A DNA stretch of 64,000 nucleotides, taken from positions 18,506 to 82,505 of the forward strand of contig CAWFBR010000007.1 in NCBI GenBank assembly GCA_963814125.1, given 5' to 3'. The DNA is from an uncultured Chloroflexia bacterium. GTDB taxonomy: Bacteria > Chloroflexota > Limnocylindria > Limnocylindrales > CSP1-4. The translations under genes and the position numbers were made by a program. How positions within the stretch are numbered: the stretch's first letter is position 1; each line of letters opens with the position of its first letter. Positions 1-9,587 of this stretch are shown here, piece after piece. Below the pieces are notes generated by a model. It had not been told where the DNA came from. It saw only the letters and a list, made by a program, of their open reading frames with translations, and made no database searches.

Positions 1-12
1 GGATTCGCTCCG

Positions 13-1224
13 ATGGCCTCCGCATCGACCGGATCAGTCGTCGTGCTCGGAACCACTCTGGTCGATGGGGCAACCGGACCAGAGGTTACCGAGGCCCAGG
101 CTCTTGGCCTGACGGTGGACGTCAAGACGGCGGGTGAGTGGGCGGCTATGAGCGCAGCCGATTTCGCGACGTACCGCGCGGTCATCCTCGCGGACCCGAG
201 GTGTTCAGCCGACGTGTCGAAGGTCGCCGCAGCCGCGGCAAACGCAACGACCTGGGGCGCGGTGGTCAACGGCGACGTAATCGTCATTGGGGCGGATCCC
301 TCGTATCACTATGGGACGGTCACCGGCGCGCATGACCTCGTCCAGAAGGGAATCGCGCTTGCCACGGGGCAGGCCGGGAAGACCGGTGCGTACATCGCCC
401 TGAGTTGCTACTACTACAGCGCTTCGGCTGGGACATCCGTTCCGATGCTGGCCGGCCTGAGTTCGTTCGGTCAATTCACGACGGTCGGCGTCAGTGGGTA
501 CGACGACGTCCACATCGTGGCGAGCGCCCCGGCACTCTCGGGTCTGACGGATGCTCTGCTGTCTGGTTGGGGCTCCACCGTGCACGAGGCCTTCGACAGC
601 TGGCCTCCAGACTTCCTGCCTTACGCAATCGCCACGACCGGCACCGTATACACGGCCACCGACGGAGTGGTGGGCACGCCGTTCGTCCTGACCCGCGGAC
701 CGTCCGTCAAGGCGGTCAGCTCGATCGCCCTTAACGCGCCCGCAAACGGGGCAAACGGAAGCCCGGCCACCCTCGCTGCCACGGTCGTCGTGGCCGACTC
801 TCCGGTTTCTGGGGTGACCGTGACCTTCACCGTTACCAGCGGCCCCGACGCCGGCACGCTCGGCACCGCCATAACAGATTCATCCGGCGTCGCGACGCTC
901 GAGTACACGGGAACTGATGGCGCAGTCGACGTCATAGTCGCCAGCTACCCGAGCGGTGAGACGACGTTCACGAGCGGGCCTTCGATCATCACCTGGGCCG
1001 CCCCTGCAGCGACTGCCACCCCGGACCCCGAGGCCTCGGCACCGCCCGCGGCGGCCGACCCACCCGAGGCGACGCTCGCGCCGGCGCCCGTGACGACGCC
1101 TCCGCCCACGGCGACCGGCTCCGGGCAGGATCCCACCGCGCCGTCGTCCACAGTGTTCGCCTGGCTGGCGGTCGGCATCTTCGCGGTGACGATCCTGGCC
1201 TTCGTTCGCCGGCGCCCTGCCTGA
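13..1224 (+). CDS. Cell-surface protein with bacterial Ig-like (Big) domain, Pro/Ala-rich stalk and C-terminal TM anchor; may be 5'-truncated by the window edge
   Basis: Long ORF (403 aa). Beta-rich Ig-like segment (TVTFTVTSGPDAGT...ATLEYTGTDGAVDV), then a PEAS/PPAA low-complexity stalk and a terminal hydrophobic helix followed by RRRPA. Confidence 0.55.
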   Translation: MASASTGSVVVLGTTLVDGATGPEVTEAQALGLTVDVKTAGEWAAMSAADFATYRAVILADPRCSADVSKVAAAAANATTWGAVVNGDVIVIGADPSYHYGTVTGAHDLVQKGIALATGQAGKTGAYIALSCYYYSASAGTSVPMLAGLSSFGQFTTVGVSGYDDVHIVASAPALSGLTDALLSGWGSTVHEAFDSWPPDFLPYAIATTGTVYTATDGVVGTPFVLTRGPSVKAVSSIALNAPANGANGSPATLAATVVVADSPVSGVTVTFTVTSGPDAGTLGTAITDSSGVATLEYTGTDGAVDVIVASYPSGETTFTSGPSIITWAAPAATATPDPEASAPPAAADPPEATLAPAPVTTPPPTATGSGQDPTAPSSTVFAWLAVGIFAVTILAFVRRRPA

Positions 1225-1364
1225 GCGTCGCCATGTCGGCGCGCTGGTCCCGAGACTCCGTAGCGCCGCCCGGGCCTGCCGTCCCGGGGCACGCGACAAC
1301 CTCGCCGCCCAGGGCGATATCGCGAGACGATTGCGGCACTAACAAAGCCGCAATTGGGAACCTG

Positions 1365-1886
1365 ATGAAGCGCTCGATATCGCGTCTAGCCGCTCTGGCG
1401 GTGGTTACTCTCATGCTCGCGGCGTGTAGCAGCTCGGCAGCGACTTCCTCCCCGGTTCCGGCCGCGCCATCGCAGTTGGCCTCGACCGTCCCGGCAGCCA
1501 GCGCCATGCCGGTCGAAGCGACGCCGGCCCCTACCCCGAACGAGACGGCCATGTCTTCGGAGGCCCCGACGCCCCTCGGCCTCGGCGGTCAATGGAGCGG
1601 GACGTGGACGGACACCTCGCCCGACACATCCAGCGGCACGTTCGCTCTGACGTGGACGCAGACGGGCAACAATCTGGCGGGCACGATCACGGTCAGTGGC
1701 ACGCCCTGCCTCACCGCCGGCACGGTGACCGGCTCGATCAACGGCAGCTCCATCAGCTTCGGGGCCGTCTCGGGCCAGATCACGGTCACGTACGACGGCA
1801 CCTTCGCCGCAAGCACGATGCAGGGGACGTACAGCGCCCCGACGTGCGGCGACGCCACGGGCAACTGGTCGGCCACTCACAACTAG
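1365..1886 (+). CDS. Putative lipoprotein (hypothetical)
   Basis: Internal ATG gives MKRSISRLAALAVVTLMLAAC, a signal peptide with a lipobox Cys. Ser/Thr/Ala-rich linker then a beta-rich domain. The ORF track starts earlier at 1233. Confidence 0.5.
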   Translation: MKRSISRLAALAVVTLMLAACSSSAATSSPVPAAPSQLASTVPAASAMPVEATPAPTPNETAMSSEAPTPLGLGGQWSGTWTDTSPDTSSGTFALTWTQTGNNLAGTITVSGTPCLTAGTVTGSINGSSISFGAVSGQITVTYDGTFAASTMQGTYSAPTCGDATGNWSATHN

Positions 1887-2061
1887 CCGCTCAGAACAAG
1901 GCGCCGGCGAGTCCGCTGCGTGTGACCGCGGGGAGGGCCTCCGGGCCCGGCGCAGAGAAGCCGATATCCTGAGCCGCAGCCGAAACGCCGCCCGCCTTCG
2001 GACGGGTTAGCCGCGGATGTCGGACGGTCACGTCCCGTGAGCGCCCGATGAGAGGAGGCGG

Positions 2062-2943
2062 GTGGACTACGCCCAAGCGATCATCCTTGGCCTGACGCAG
2101 GGGATCACCGAACTGTTCCCGGTATCGAGCCTGGGCCATTCGGTGATCCTGCCGAAACTCCTGGGCTGGGACAACATCGTTGCCGCCCAGTCGGCCCAGG
2201 AGTCGTTCTTCCTGGCCTTCCTGGTTGGGCTTCACGTAGCCACCGCGCTGGCACTCGCGGCGTTCTACTGGCGCGACTGGGCCCGGATCGTGGGCGGCGT
2301 TCTCGGCTCACTGCGGACCCGACGAATCGAGACCTCAGACGCTCGCCTGGGCTGGCTGCTCATTGTGGCCACTATCCCGGCCGGGATCATGGGCGTGCTC
2401 TTCGAACACACCTTCCGGACCATCTTCGCCAGGCCGCTTCTGGCCGCCGGGTTCCTCATCCTCAACGGCCTGATCCTGCTTGCCGGGGAGTGGCTCCGCC
2501 GCCGGGCGGAAGTTCGAGCTGTCGCGGTCGCCCACGGCCTCAACCCTGCAGGCGCCCGCAGGCTCGACACACTGGAGTACCGCGAGGCGGGTCTGGTCGG
2601 GGTCTTCCAGATCGGGGCGCTGCTGGCCGGGATCAGTCGCTCGGGCATCACGATGGTGGCGGGACTGGTCCGAGGCCTGGACCACGAGGATGCGGCGCGC
2701 TTCTCGTTCCTGCTGGCCACCCCGATAATCCTTGCGGCGGGCGTCTACAAGCTCCCCGACCTCCTCGGCCCCAACGGGCACGGCGTGGTGGGTCAGGTCC
2801 TCGCCGGCAGCGTCGCCGCGGGTATAGCGGCCTACGTCTCGGTCCGGTTCCTCAGCCGCTACTTCACGACCCGAACGCTCACGCCCTTCGCGATCTACTG
2901 TCTTGTGGTGGGCGCCCTGGCGGCTCTTCGCTTCGCGCTGTAG
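2062..2943 (+). CDS. uppP: Undecaprenyl-diphosphatase (BacA/UppP family)
   Basis: 293 aa polytopic membrane protein. N-terminal ILGLTQGITELFPVSSLGH and later RSGITM motifs are typical of UppP. Confidence 0.9.
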   Translation: MDYAQAIILGLTQGITELFPVSSLGHSVILPKLLGWDNIVAAQSAQESFFLAFLVGLHVATALALAAFYWRDWARIVGGVLGSLRTRRIETSDARLGWLLIVATIPAGIMGVLFEHTFRTIFARPLLAAGFLILNGLILLAGEWLRRRAEVRAVAVAHGLNPAGARRLDTLEYREAGLVGVFQIGALLAGISRSGITMVAGLVRGLDHEDAARFSFLLATPIILAAGVYKLPDLLGPNGHGVVGQVLAGSVAAGIAAYVSVRFLSRYFTTRTLTPFAIYCLVVGALAALRFAL

Positions 2944-3013
2944 GGGCCAGTGCCTTGCGCTGCCCATGCAGCGGGCCAAGCTGTTCGGCCGGTTGACGAA
3001 TTGTGGCTGCGGA

Positions 3014-3313
3014 TCAGCCAGCCGTCACCGTCTGCTGCGTCTCCACGGGAGTGACCGCGTAGACCGTCGCGTCTTCCCACGCGACGAAGCCGGACAACTC
3101 GAGGAGTTCATTCACCACGTGGGCATTGGGGGCATCGATCAATGCGAACGTGGTGTGAGCCCCGGTGTTGACCCACGCACCCTCCAGGCGGGCATCGTGG
3201 TCCTTGCCCAGTGTCTGCAGCCGCGTGAATGCGGTCCGCTCCATCTTCTGGTGCTCCTCGGAGCGGTAAGCCAGGCTCTCGGCGTTATGCCTCATTACGA
3301 CGATGTGCAGCAC
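3014..3313 (-). CDS. Small DUF3303-like protein (hypothetical)
   Basis: 99 aa ORF beginning MLHIVVMRHNAES. It is the last gene of the PadR operon and resembles the other small ORF at 9219 (MLFLVKQVHTPEH). Confidence 0.45.
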   Translation of the reverse strand: MLHIVVMRHNAESLAYRSEEHQKMERTAFTRLQTLGKDHDARLEGAWVNTGAHTTFALIDAPNAHVVNELLELSGFVAWEDATVYAVTPVETQQTVTAG

Positions 3314-3334
3314 AGTGGCGTTCCTCCACTTCGG

Positions 3335-3730
3335 TCAGTGCAGCCGTTCCATGTGGTTCACGATGCGACCGGCCGCGTATTCAATGGACGCCTCGTCGAT
3401 GTCTCGAATGTCGGTCACGATCGGCTCGATACCGTTCGCGGCGAGGCGATCGTAGGCTCCGCGTCCCATGCCGCCGCACAGGATGGCTTTGCAGTCCGCG
3501 ATTGCCGCGGCCATCTGATCGTGGCGGGCGTCCGAGGCTGGACCTACTCCGTGCGGGCCCACTGCGCGCTCCTCATGGACTTCATTTCCCGACCCGTGAG
3601 GCGAGAACTTGGGGCGGATTTCGCGCGCGACCACGGAGCCGCTCTCGACCGTCAGAACCGCGTAGTTCGCAGCCCGTCCGAAGTGGCTGCCGACCGTGCG
3701 TCCATCGTCCGTGGCAATAGCGATCTTCAC
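3335..3730 (-). CDS. Dinitrogenase FeMo-cofactor biosynthesis family protein (NifX/NifB-like domain)
   Basis: 131 aa. Starts MKIAIATDDG and carries GMGRGAYDRLAANGIEP, typical of the NifX/NafY/MTH1175 fold. Confidence 0.75.
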   Translation of the reverse strand: MKIAIATDDGRTVGSHFGRAANYAVLTVESGSVVAREIRPKFSPHGSGNEVHEERAVGPHGVGPASDARHDQMAAAIADCKAILCGGMGRGAYDRLAANGIEPIVTDIRDIDEASIEYAAGRIVNHMERLH

Positions 3731-3848
3731 GTGGAGATTCTCCTTTGTCCGCCTGATTGATGAAGGTCCCGGTCGGGAGGTCAGTGTTGAGACCGGTTAT
3801 GGGCATCGTGGCCGGATCGAGACCGCGATCCCAGGGCGCGCCCGTGCC

Positions 3849-4166
3849 TCACGTATTGTCCGCGCTGTCGCCCACGTCCTCCGTGCCACCGAGATCGCGC
3901 AGGTCCTGTTCGACCGCTCGGATCTCGTCGCGCAGGGAGGCCAGGTAGGCCTCCAGCTGTGTTGAGGTGGACCGCCGTGCGACGGCGCCCCCAAGGCGTC
4001 CCCGCCGCCGGTACGGTCGAGGATCCACGTCTGGGCCATCCCAGCCTGGACCATCCCAGCCTGGGCCGTAGGCAGACCCTGGGCCGTAGCCAGGCCCCGG
4101 GCCACAGCCCCCATGCCAGCCTTCGTAGCCGTGGCAGCCGTAGCCATAGCCGTGGTGATATCTCAT
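3849..4166 (-). CDS. Gly/Tyr-rich protein with C-terminal coiled coil (DUF5320-like)
   Basis: 105 aa. GYGYGCHGYEGWHGG and GPGWDGPGWDGP repeats, then LEAYLASLRDEIRAVEQDLRDL. Sits between the PadR and NifX-like genes with tight spacing. Confidence 0.5.
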   Translation of the reverse strand: MRYHHGYGYGCHGYEGWHGGCGPGPGYGPGSAYGPGWDGPGWDGPDVDPRPYRRRGRLGGAVARRSTSTQLEAYLASLRDEIRAVEQDLRDLGGTEDVGDSADNT

Positions 4167-4167
4167 C

Positions 4168-4587
4168 TCAGACCTCCTTGGTCGAATCGGACGCGCCGGC
4201 CACCCGGCCGGACTGCTCGTATTGCTTCAGGAACTCACCCACGAGGCGAGCGCGTTCCCGCATGACCGACGCCCAGTCGTCCAGGGCTGCACGACCGGCA
4301 TCGGTGAGGACATAGCCCCGCCGGGCGGCCCCGGCCTCGGGCATCTCCCAGCGCGACTCCACGAGGCCCGCGATCTCGAGCTCGCGCAGTGTGCGATAGA
4401 GCTGGCCGACATCCACGTCCGCCGCCGCCACGCCCAGGTCGTTGAGTTGGCCCAGCAGCGAGTAGCCGTGGGCCGGTTCGCCCGCCAGCAGAACCAGAAG
4501 AAAGGGTTCCAGCCAGCGGCGCCTCGGCCCGCCGGGCGACCAGCCGCGCTGGTGCTGATGGTGCTGATGGTCGGGTGAGTGATGCAT
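4168..4587 (-). CDS. PadR family transcriptional regulator
   Basis: Internal start MHHSPDHQ. His/Gln-rich N-terminus, then wHTH (LLVLLAGEPAHGYSL...LYRTLRELEIAGLV). Ends 1 nt before the downstream gene. Confidence 0.8.
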   Translation of the reverse strand: MHHSPDHQHHQHQRGWSPGGPRRRWLEPFLLVLLAGEPAHGYSLLGQLNDLGVAAADVDVGQLYRTLRELEIAGLVESRWEMPEAGAARRGYVLTDAGRAALDDWASVMRERARLVGEFLKQYEQSGRVAGASDSTKEV

Positions 4588-4820
4588 GATATATGTCTCA
4601 CGCATATATTGGCTTGCCTGGGATGGGCGGGAGTAGGGCCAAATGGCCCGATGGCCGCTCAACCGGGCCGTGATGCCGGCACCGCGCCAGGCCGCAGTTC
4701 AGGCGCGCGCGCGAAGCTTCCTTCCGCGATCCGGACGGACACTTGATCGAGATAAGCGAGAGCCGCAGCCGGGGTTAGCGGCGGTCGCTCCCGCATCGTC
4801 TCGGGTGTGGCCGCGTAGCC

Positions 4821-5918
4821 CTAAGGCATCGAGAACTGCAACGTCCACGGCCCCTGGAGCCGGACCTGTGTTGCGTCCGGGCTGTCCGGATCCGGCTGGC
4901 CCACGATCTCCGTCACAGTGACCGCCCAGTCTCCGCTTGCGTCGTCCACACCGCTCGACGTGTAGGCCGTCAGCGTCGCCGACCCTTCCTGCCACGATGT
5001 CACATCCCCATTGAGGGTCTGCGCGCCATGCTGAACGGAGAAGATCGGGGCCCAGCTCGAATCGACCCCCGAGGAACCGGTCACGCCAAGCTCCAGCATG
5101 ACCGTCGACGGCGCGGCGACCACCCGATCCAGGGTCACCGTCACGCCGTCGTGCTCGGCGATTACCCCTGGCGTCGCCTCCGACCCGCCCGCCACCGTGA
5201 GGTCGAATGAGAACGAGGCGCCGGCGGAGATGTTCTGCCAGGGATCCAGCCGGCCGTCGAGGGTACTGACGGAGACGCTTGCAACGGTCACCTGGAACGC
5301 TCGTCGACCGGGAGGCGCCGGGGCGGTCGTGGGAGAGTACCAGATCATGCTTGCTGCGGCCGATGTACTCCCGGGAGCCCCAACACCCGTCGTCGCCTGC
5401 CAAACGACGCCCTGACTGTCGGTCAACGTGACGCCACCGACGTCGACCTGCGACCAGCCTCGGTCCTGGACGTCGGCCACTGAGACGGCGACCATCGCCT
5501 GGTTCGCGTCGGCGTAGGCCCGCTCGAGGGTGATCTTGTAGCCATCGACGACCTGGGTTAGCCCGAGCGACTCGCCCCTGTCCCAGGTTAGGCCACCTTC
5601 GGAAGGGTAGAAGACCTCCGGCGGATAGGTGACATACGACAGGCTCACACCGGCCGCGACGGTTGAGATGGCAATCAGCAGGGCGGAAATGAGGACCAGA
5701 CGACTCGGACGGCGGAGAGACTTGCGTGGGTGAGTCGGTTCGGGATGTGCCAGTTGCCCGATCGCCGCGGAGATGCGCTGCTCCAGCCGAGCCGCAAGAT
5801 GCGGCGGAATGTCGATTTCGTAGGCGTCGGCGAGGCTCGCTTCGAGAATCTCGCCGTTGGGCGCGGAATGGACGTCAGGTGTCGTCACGGTACGTCTCCC
5901 TAAGCGCCGCGAGCGCAC
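4821..5918 (-). CDS. Anti-sigma factor, membrane-spanning with extracytoplasmic beta-rich domain
   Basis: Follows and overlaps the ECF sigma gene. A cytoplasmic N-terminal segment, one TM helix (LVLISALLIAISTVAAGVSL) and a large periplasmic domain. The true start may be the GTG near 5885. Confidence 0.6.
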   Translation of the reverse strand: MRSRRLGRRTVTTPDVHSAPNGEILEASLADAYEIDIPPHLAARLEQRISAAIGQLAHPEPTHPRKSLRRPSRLVLISALLIAISTVAAGVSLSYVTYPPEVFYPSEGGLTWDRGESLGLTQVVDGYKITLERAYADANQAMVAVSVADVQDRGWSQVDVGGVTLTDSQGVVWQATTGVGAPGSTSAAASMIWYSPTTAPAPPGRRAFQVTVASVSVSTLDGRLDPWQNISAGASFSFDLTVAGGSEATPGVIAEHDGVTVTLDRVVAAPSTVMLELGVTGSSGVDSSWAPIFSVQHGAQTLNGDVTSWQEGSATLTAYTSSGVDDASGDWAVTVTEIVGQPDPDSPDATQVRLQGPWTLQFSMP

Positions 5919-6453
5919 GGCTCAGGATCTTCTGGGCGGCAGCCTCGCTCTTCCCCAGAGTGGCCGCGATCTGGCGGGCGGTCAGGCCGCCCGCGTAGCG
6001 AAGGACGATTGCCTCTCGCTGGACTTCGGGCAGTCGGCTCACTCGCGACCGCAGCTCGGCCAGCCATTCGCGCCGGAGAAGCTCGTCCTCCGGCAGCGCC
6101 GGCGCACGCAACTCCGCATCCGGTGTCGCGACGAACGGGTGGCGGCGTCTCGAACGGTCCGCGTCGAGCGCCGCATTACGTGCGATGGTGAAGAGCCAGG
6201 CCAGGAAGCCTCCGCCAGACGGCCGATACCGGCCGATCGCCTTGAGTGCCCGCTCGAAGGCGATAGCCGTCAATTCGGCCGCCTCGTCGTCCGAGGCTGC
6301 TCGCGCCCGGAGGAACCGGAAGACGCTCAGGTGATGACGCCGATAGAGGAGCTCGAAGGAACGGGGGTCATCCCGGGCGACCGCGGCGATCTCATCGTCG
6401 AGCTCGTCCACCTGTCGGGCTCCTTCGAGGCTACCCCACCCGATCTCAGCCAC
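5875..6453 (-). CDS. ECF (sigma-70 family) RNA polymerase sigma factor
   Basis: 192 aa. Region 2 (FELLYRRHHLSVFRFLRAR...DLTQ-like) and region 4 HTH (LPEVQREAIVLRYAGGLTARQIAATLGKSEAAAQKILSRA). Confidence 0.85.
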   Translation of the reverse strand: MAEIGWGSLEGARQVDELDDEIAAVARDDPRSFELLYRRHHLSVFRFLRARAASDDEAAELTAIAFERALKAIGRYRPSGGGFLAWLFTIARNAALDADRSRRRHPFVATPDAELRAPALPEDELLRREWLAELRSRVSRLPEVQREAIVLRYAGGLTARQIAATLGKSEAAAQKILSRALAALRETYRDDT

Positions 6454-6591
6454 GCTTCTCCTTCAGTGGCATTGTCGTCTACTCCGATAACGCGCGACCG
6501 GGGGAAACCGGACACTCGACTTCGCCAGTCGATGGACGGGGAGACGTGAGCCGCTGCCTCATTCGCATCCATGCCCTTGACATAGAGCGTA

Positions 6592-6614
6592 TTGATCTAG
6601 TATATATAGATCAA
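6592..6614. promoter_or_regulatory. Inverted repeat TTGATCTA-N7(GTATATA)-TAGATCAA overlapping the GntR start codon; putative autoregulatory operator with -10-like TATATA
   Basis: Read directly: an 8-bp perfect inverted repeat around an AT-rich spacer. The ATG of the GntR gene is at 6614. Confidence 0.5.
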
Positions 6615-6964
6615 TGTTGTTCGAGATCGACACCCTCAGCTCGGTTCCCATCTACGGCCAGATCGCTGCCTGCGTCCGTCGCGCGATCGCTGCCGGAACC
6701 CTCGGGCCGGGGGTGAGGCTGCCTCCCTCGCGCGAGGTCGCTCGGGAACTCGAAGTGAACATGCACACGGTGCAGCGTGCCTACTGCGAACTCAGGGACG
6801 AAGGTCTGTTGGAGTTGCGTCAGGGACGGGGTGCGATTGTCACCGGCAATCGGGAGGCTCTGTCGCCACGTCTTCGCGCGCTGATTCGCGACCTGCTGAC
6901 GGAGGCGGACGAACAGGGCCTTACCGCCGTAGAGCTCACCAGGTTGATGGAGGCGATGCGATGA
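6614..6964 (+). CDS. GntR family transcriptional regulator (short YtrA-like)
   Basis: 116 aa wHTH (PPSREVARELEVNMHTVQRAYCELRDEGLL). Stop overlaps the next start (ATGA). Confidence 0.8.
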   Translation: MLFEIDTLSSVPIYGQIAACVRRAIAAGTLGPGVRLPPSREVARELEVNMHTVQRAYCELRDEGLLELRQGRGAIVTGNREALSPRLRALIRDLLTEADEQGLTAVELTRLMEAMR

Positions 6965-7938
6965 AGGGGACCGATGCGGTCCTGCCGGCAGGGGCGCGGC
7001 GTACGGTCAACTGGCCACTGGGCGCCTTCGTTGTCATCCTGGCCGTGCTCTTCACCGGCAGTTTGCTGGCAGCGCTGGCCTTCGAATCCCGACTTCCCGA
7101 TTTGGCGCGCACCGCCGACCGCCAATTCCTCACCAACGAAGTGGTCGCGACGGCGCTTTATCTGGCCTGGATTGGGCTTCACGGCCAGCCCAGGGTCCGG
7201 TTCGCGGTCGAGACGGTACTTCCCATCGGGCTGTTCGTGGTCGGTCTCAACTTCTCCTGGCTGCTCGTCACGGTGTGGCTCAATGTCGACTCGCCCACCT
7301 TCCAACCGTTCTGGCAGTCGCTTCCGGGAGCTGGCCTCGCGATCGGCAGTCTGCCCGTTTGGGTGCTGCCCGGGCGGTACCTGGCCCTTCGAGCCTCCGC
7401 AGAAAGACTCCGCCGCGAAGCGGTCTCGGGTCGGCGCTCGGCATGGTTCGCCGAGACGGCCGTCGACCGATCCTGGCGACGGCTCAACGCCGTCACGATC
7501 GGGATCCCGCTCGCCCTGCTGATCGTGTTGCTCGAGCTGGTGCGCCCGCTCTCCTCACTGCCACTCGAGCTTGCGTTCGTCGGCTTATGGGCCGTGGCGG
7601 TCGCCGTTGGGGACCACGTCACGGTGTCCATCACGGACGCCGCGGTCAAGGTCAGGACCGGCTGGCTGAGCGGCAACCTGGGCTGGAGTCTGTCCCTCTC
7701 CGAGATCGCGGCGGTGAGAGCGGTGGACGCCGGGCCCGAGTTCCTGAGCTTCGACCGCAAGCGCTGCATCCTTCGCACCGGGCCGGCGCTGGAGGTCGCC
7801 ACGACCTCGGGCGGTCGCTACGCCGTGAGCCTGGAGGAAGCCGACGAAGCGGTGGCGGTTCTCACGAAGCTACTCGCAGAGGTACCGTCCTCAGGCCGCT
7901 CGGAGCGACAGAATCTGGTGCGTCAGACAGAAGGCTGA
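6961..7938 (+). CDS. Membrane protein with C-terminal bPH-like domain (hypothetical), co-transcribed with the GntR gene
   Basis: 325 aa with about 5 TM helices, then a soluble C-terminal region. ATGA overlap with the GntR gene. Confidence 0.6.
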   Translation: MKGTDAVLPAGARRTVNWPLGAFVVILAVLFTGSLLAALAFESRLPDLARTADRQFLTNEVVATALYLAWIGLHGQPRVRFAVETVLPIGLFVVGLNFSWLLVTVWLNVDSPTFQPFWQSLPGAGLAIGSLPVWVLPGRYLALRASAERLRREAVSGRRSAWFAETAVDRSWRRLNAVTIGIPLALLIVLLELVRPLSSLPLELAFVGLWAVAVAVGDHVTVSITDAAVKVRTGWLSGNLGWSLSLSEIAAVRAVDAGPEFLSFDRKRCILRTGPALEVATTSGGRYAVSLEEADEAVAVLTKLLAEVPSSGRSERQNLVRQTEG

Positions 7939-8089
7939 ACCGGCCTCCCACGCCACTTGAACGTTCGGCGCGCATGATCTAGACGTGTTACGCGGGCCTT
8001 TCCGAGGCCCCTCCGGTCCCGAAGCGCGGACCGCGGCCGGGATCCCCGAACGCCCGGCCGGACGAGACGAAGCGGCGGTGCGCTAACGA

Positions 8090-8782
8090 ATGTCCGACGA
8101 TCGAATGCCCGACGACACAGAAGGACGACCCCTTCGGCACACCGGACCGGAGCCGAAGAGTCGCTGGACGGGCGCCGGCCGCCTCCGATCGACCGGCCGT
8201 GTTCCGCCCTTGCTGTCCGTTGCCCTCGTGGGTGCCGTAGCCGGGCTCGTCGCCGGTTTGGGGCTCGGGTACCGACTCGGCGCTGTCGCACCGCTGCCCG
8301 CGCCTACGCCTCTGCCGGCGGATCTCGAGGCGGATCGCGTCAGCGCAAGGCTCGAGCTTGCCTTCGAGTCGGCAGCGCCCGGTGGCTGGGCGGTCTGCAG
8401 CCTGGGCCGGGAGGTCGCGTGCCGCCCGCTCGTCGTCGGGCTTACGGATCCGCGCGTGCCTCCGTCCGAATACGGCCTCGGCTGGTACGGCAGAACCGAC
8501 CTGACCCGAGTGGCCGTTAGCCCGGCCCATCTGGTTCTGGCGGCCTCCATGGGCCAGGGCGCTGTCTCCGCCTGGCTGAACCCCATCGGGCCCGGCGATG
8601 CGTTCACGGGGACGATCGACCTGACCCCGGTCGACCCGGGCGGGCGCGGGACCTTCTACTTCGACCTCGGGACCCTTGGCCCCGGCCACTACGTGATCGA
8701 AACGGACCTCCTGGCCGTGCCCCAGCCAGGGGAGTCAGTGCATATGGTGCAGTCCAGCCTGGTCGGCTTCGTGGTGGGCTGA
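8090..8782 (+). CDS. Hypothetical membrane-anchored protein
   Basis: 230 aa ORF with one TM helix (LLSVALVGAVAGLVAGLGLG) and GC-rich third codon positions. No recognisable family. Confidence 0.4.
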   Translation: MSDDRMPDDTEGRPLRHTGPEPKSRWTGAGRLRSTGRVPPLLSVALVGAVAGLVAGLGLGYRLGAVAPLPAPTPLPADLEADRVSARLELAFESAAPGGWAVCSLGREVACRPLVVGLTDPRVPPSEYGLGWYGRTDLTRVAVSPAHLVLAASMGQGAVSAWLNPIGPGDAFTGTIDLTPVDPGGRGTFYFDLGTLGPGHYVIETDLLAVPQPGESVHMVQSSLVGFVVG

Positions 8783-8818
8783 GCAGCGACGGCAGCCAGA
8801 TCAGACCGAGTCGTCGCG

Positions 8819-9024
8819 CTAGTTCTTTGTGACCATGACCTGATTCGTCTGGGGCAACATGGCAATGCTGGACCCCAGCCGCGTACACCAGGCGAGGAGA
8901 TCCCGCGACCACTCCTCCTCCCAGTCGGGAGGCAGCCGGACCACGACCGTCTGCCCTGACCGGCGGTCCTTCAGGGCTTCTTCGATCGACTGACAGAGAG
9001 TGTCGTAGTTCGGAGACTTAGCCA
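8819..9024 (-). CDS. Small hypothetical protein
   Basis: GTG start preceded by GAGGAGG, about 68 aa (VAKSPNYDTLCQSIEEALKDRR...). Confidence 0.35.
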
Positions 9025-9218
9025 CTGTGTGCCCTCCTCGTTGGCCAAACAACCACCCGGGCGTAGTCTAGCGGGAGGCGCCCCTGGGCGGGCGGTCCTG
9101 CCGACCCGCGTAGGGTGGACGGGTCGCCGATCGTCCTCAGCCGATGAGCTCAGGCGGCCCCGCCGAGTTAGTGTTTGCGAAGAGCGGAGTCTGTGTAGCC
9201 CAAAGTGAGGTTCCCAAG

Positions 9219-9470
9219 ATGCTCTTCCTGGTGAAGCAGGTCCACACGCCGGAGCACTGCCCAAAGGATCAGGGTGGCACCAAGACGCTCTACGACGCCG
9301 AGGTGCCAGGAGTGAAGCTCGACCGGGTCCTCGGTGACTTCTCGCGCCACACTGTCTACTACCTTCTGGAAGCGGAGTGGCTGGAGGACGTCCAGACGTT
9401 CCTTGAGCCGGGGTGGGGCCTGTGCACCTCGGAGGTCACACCTCTGTCGGAGGAGCCGATCGGCGGATAG
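9219..9470 (+). CDS. Small DUF3303-like protein (hypothetical)
   Basis: Internal ATG after GTGAGG, giving MLFLVKQVHTPEHCPKDQGG... (83 aa). Resembles the 3014-3313 product. Confidence 0.45.
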   Translation: MLFLVKQVHTPEHCPKDQGGTKTLYDAEVPGVKLDRVLGDFSRHTVYYLLEAEWLEDVQTFLEPGWGLCTSEVTPLSEEPIGG

Positions 9471-9587
9471 GCCTGCCTATCATGTGCGCGTCCCCGACCT
9501 GGAGAGGCCCGCCGAGCCATACAACGGAATTCTGACAGCCGAGGTTCCGCGCCCTCCGGGCGTCGGCTGACACGAAGTGCTTCCCTG

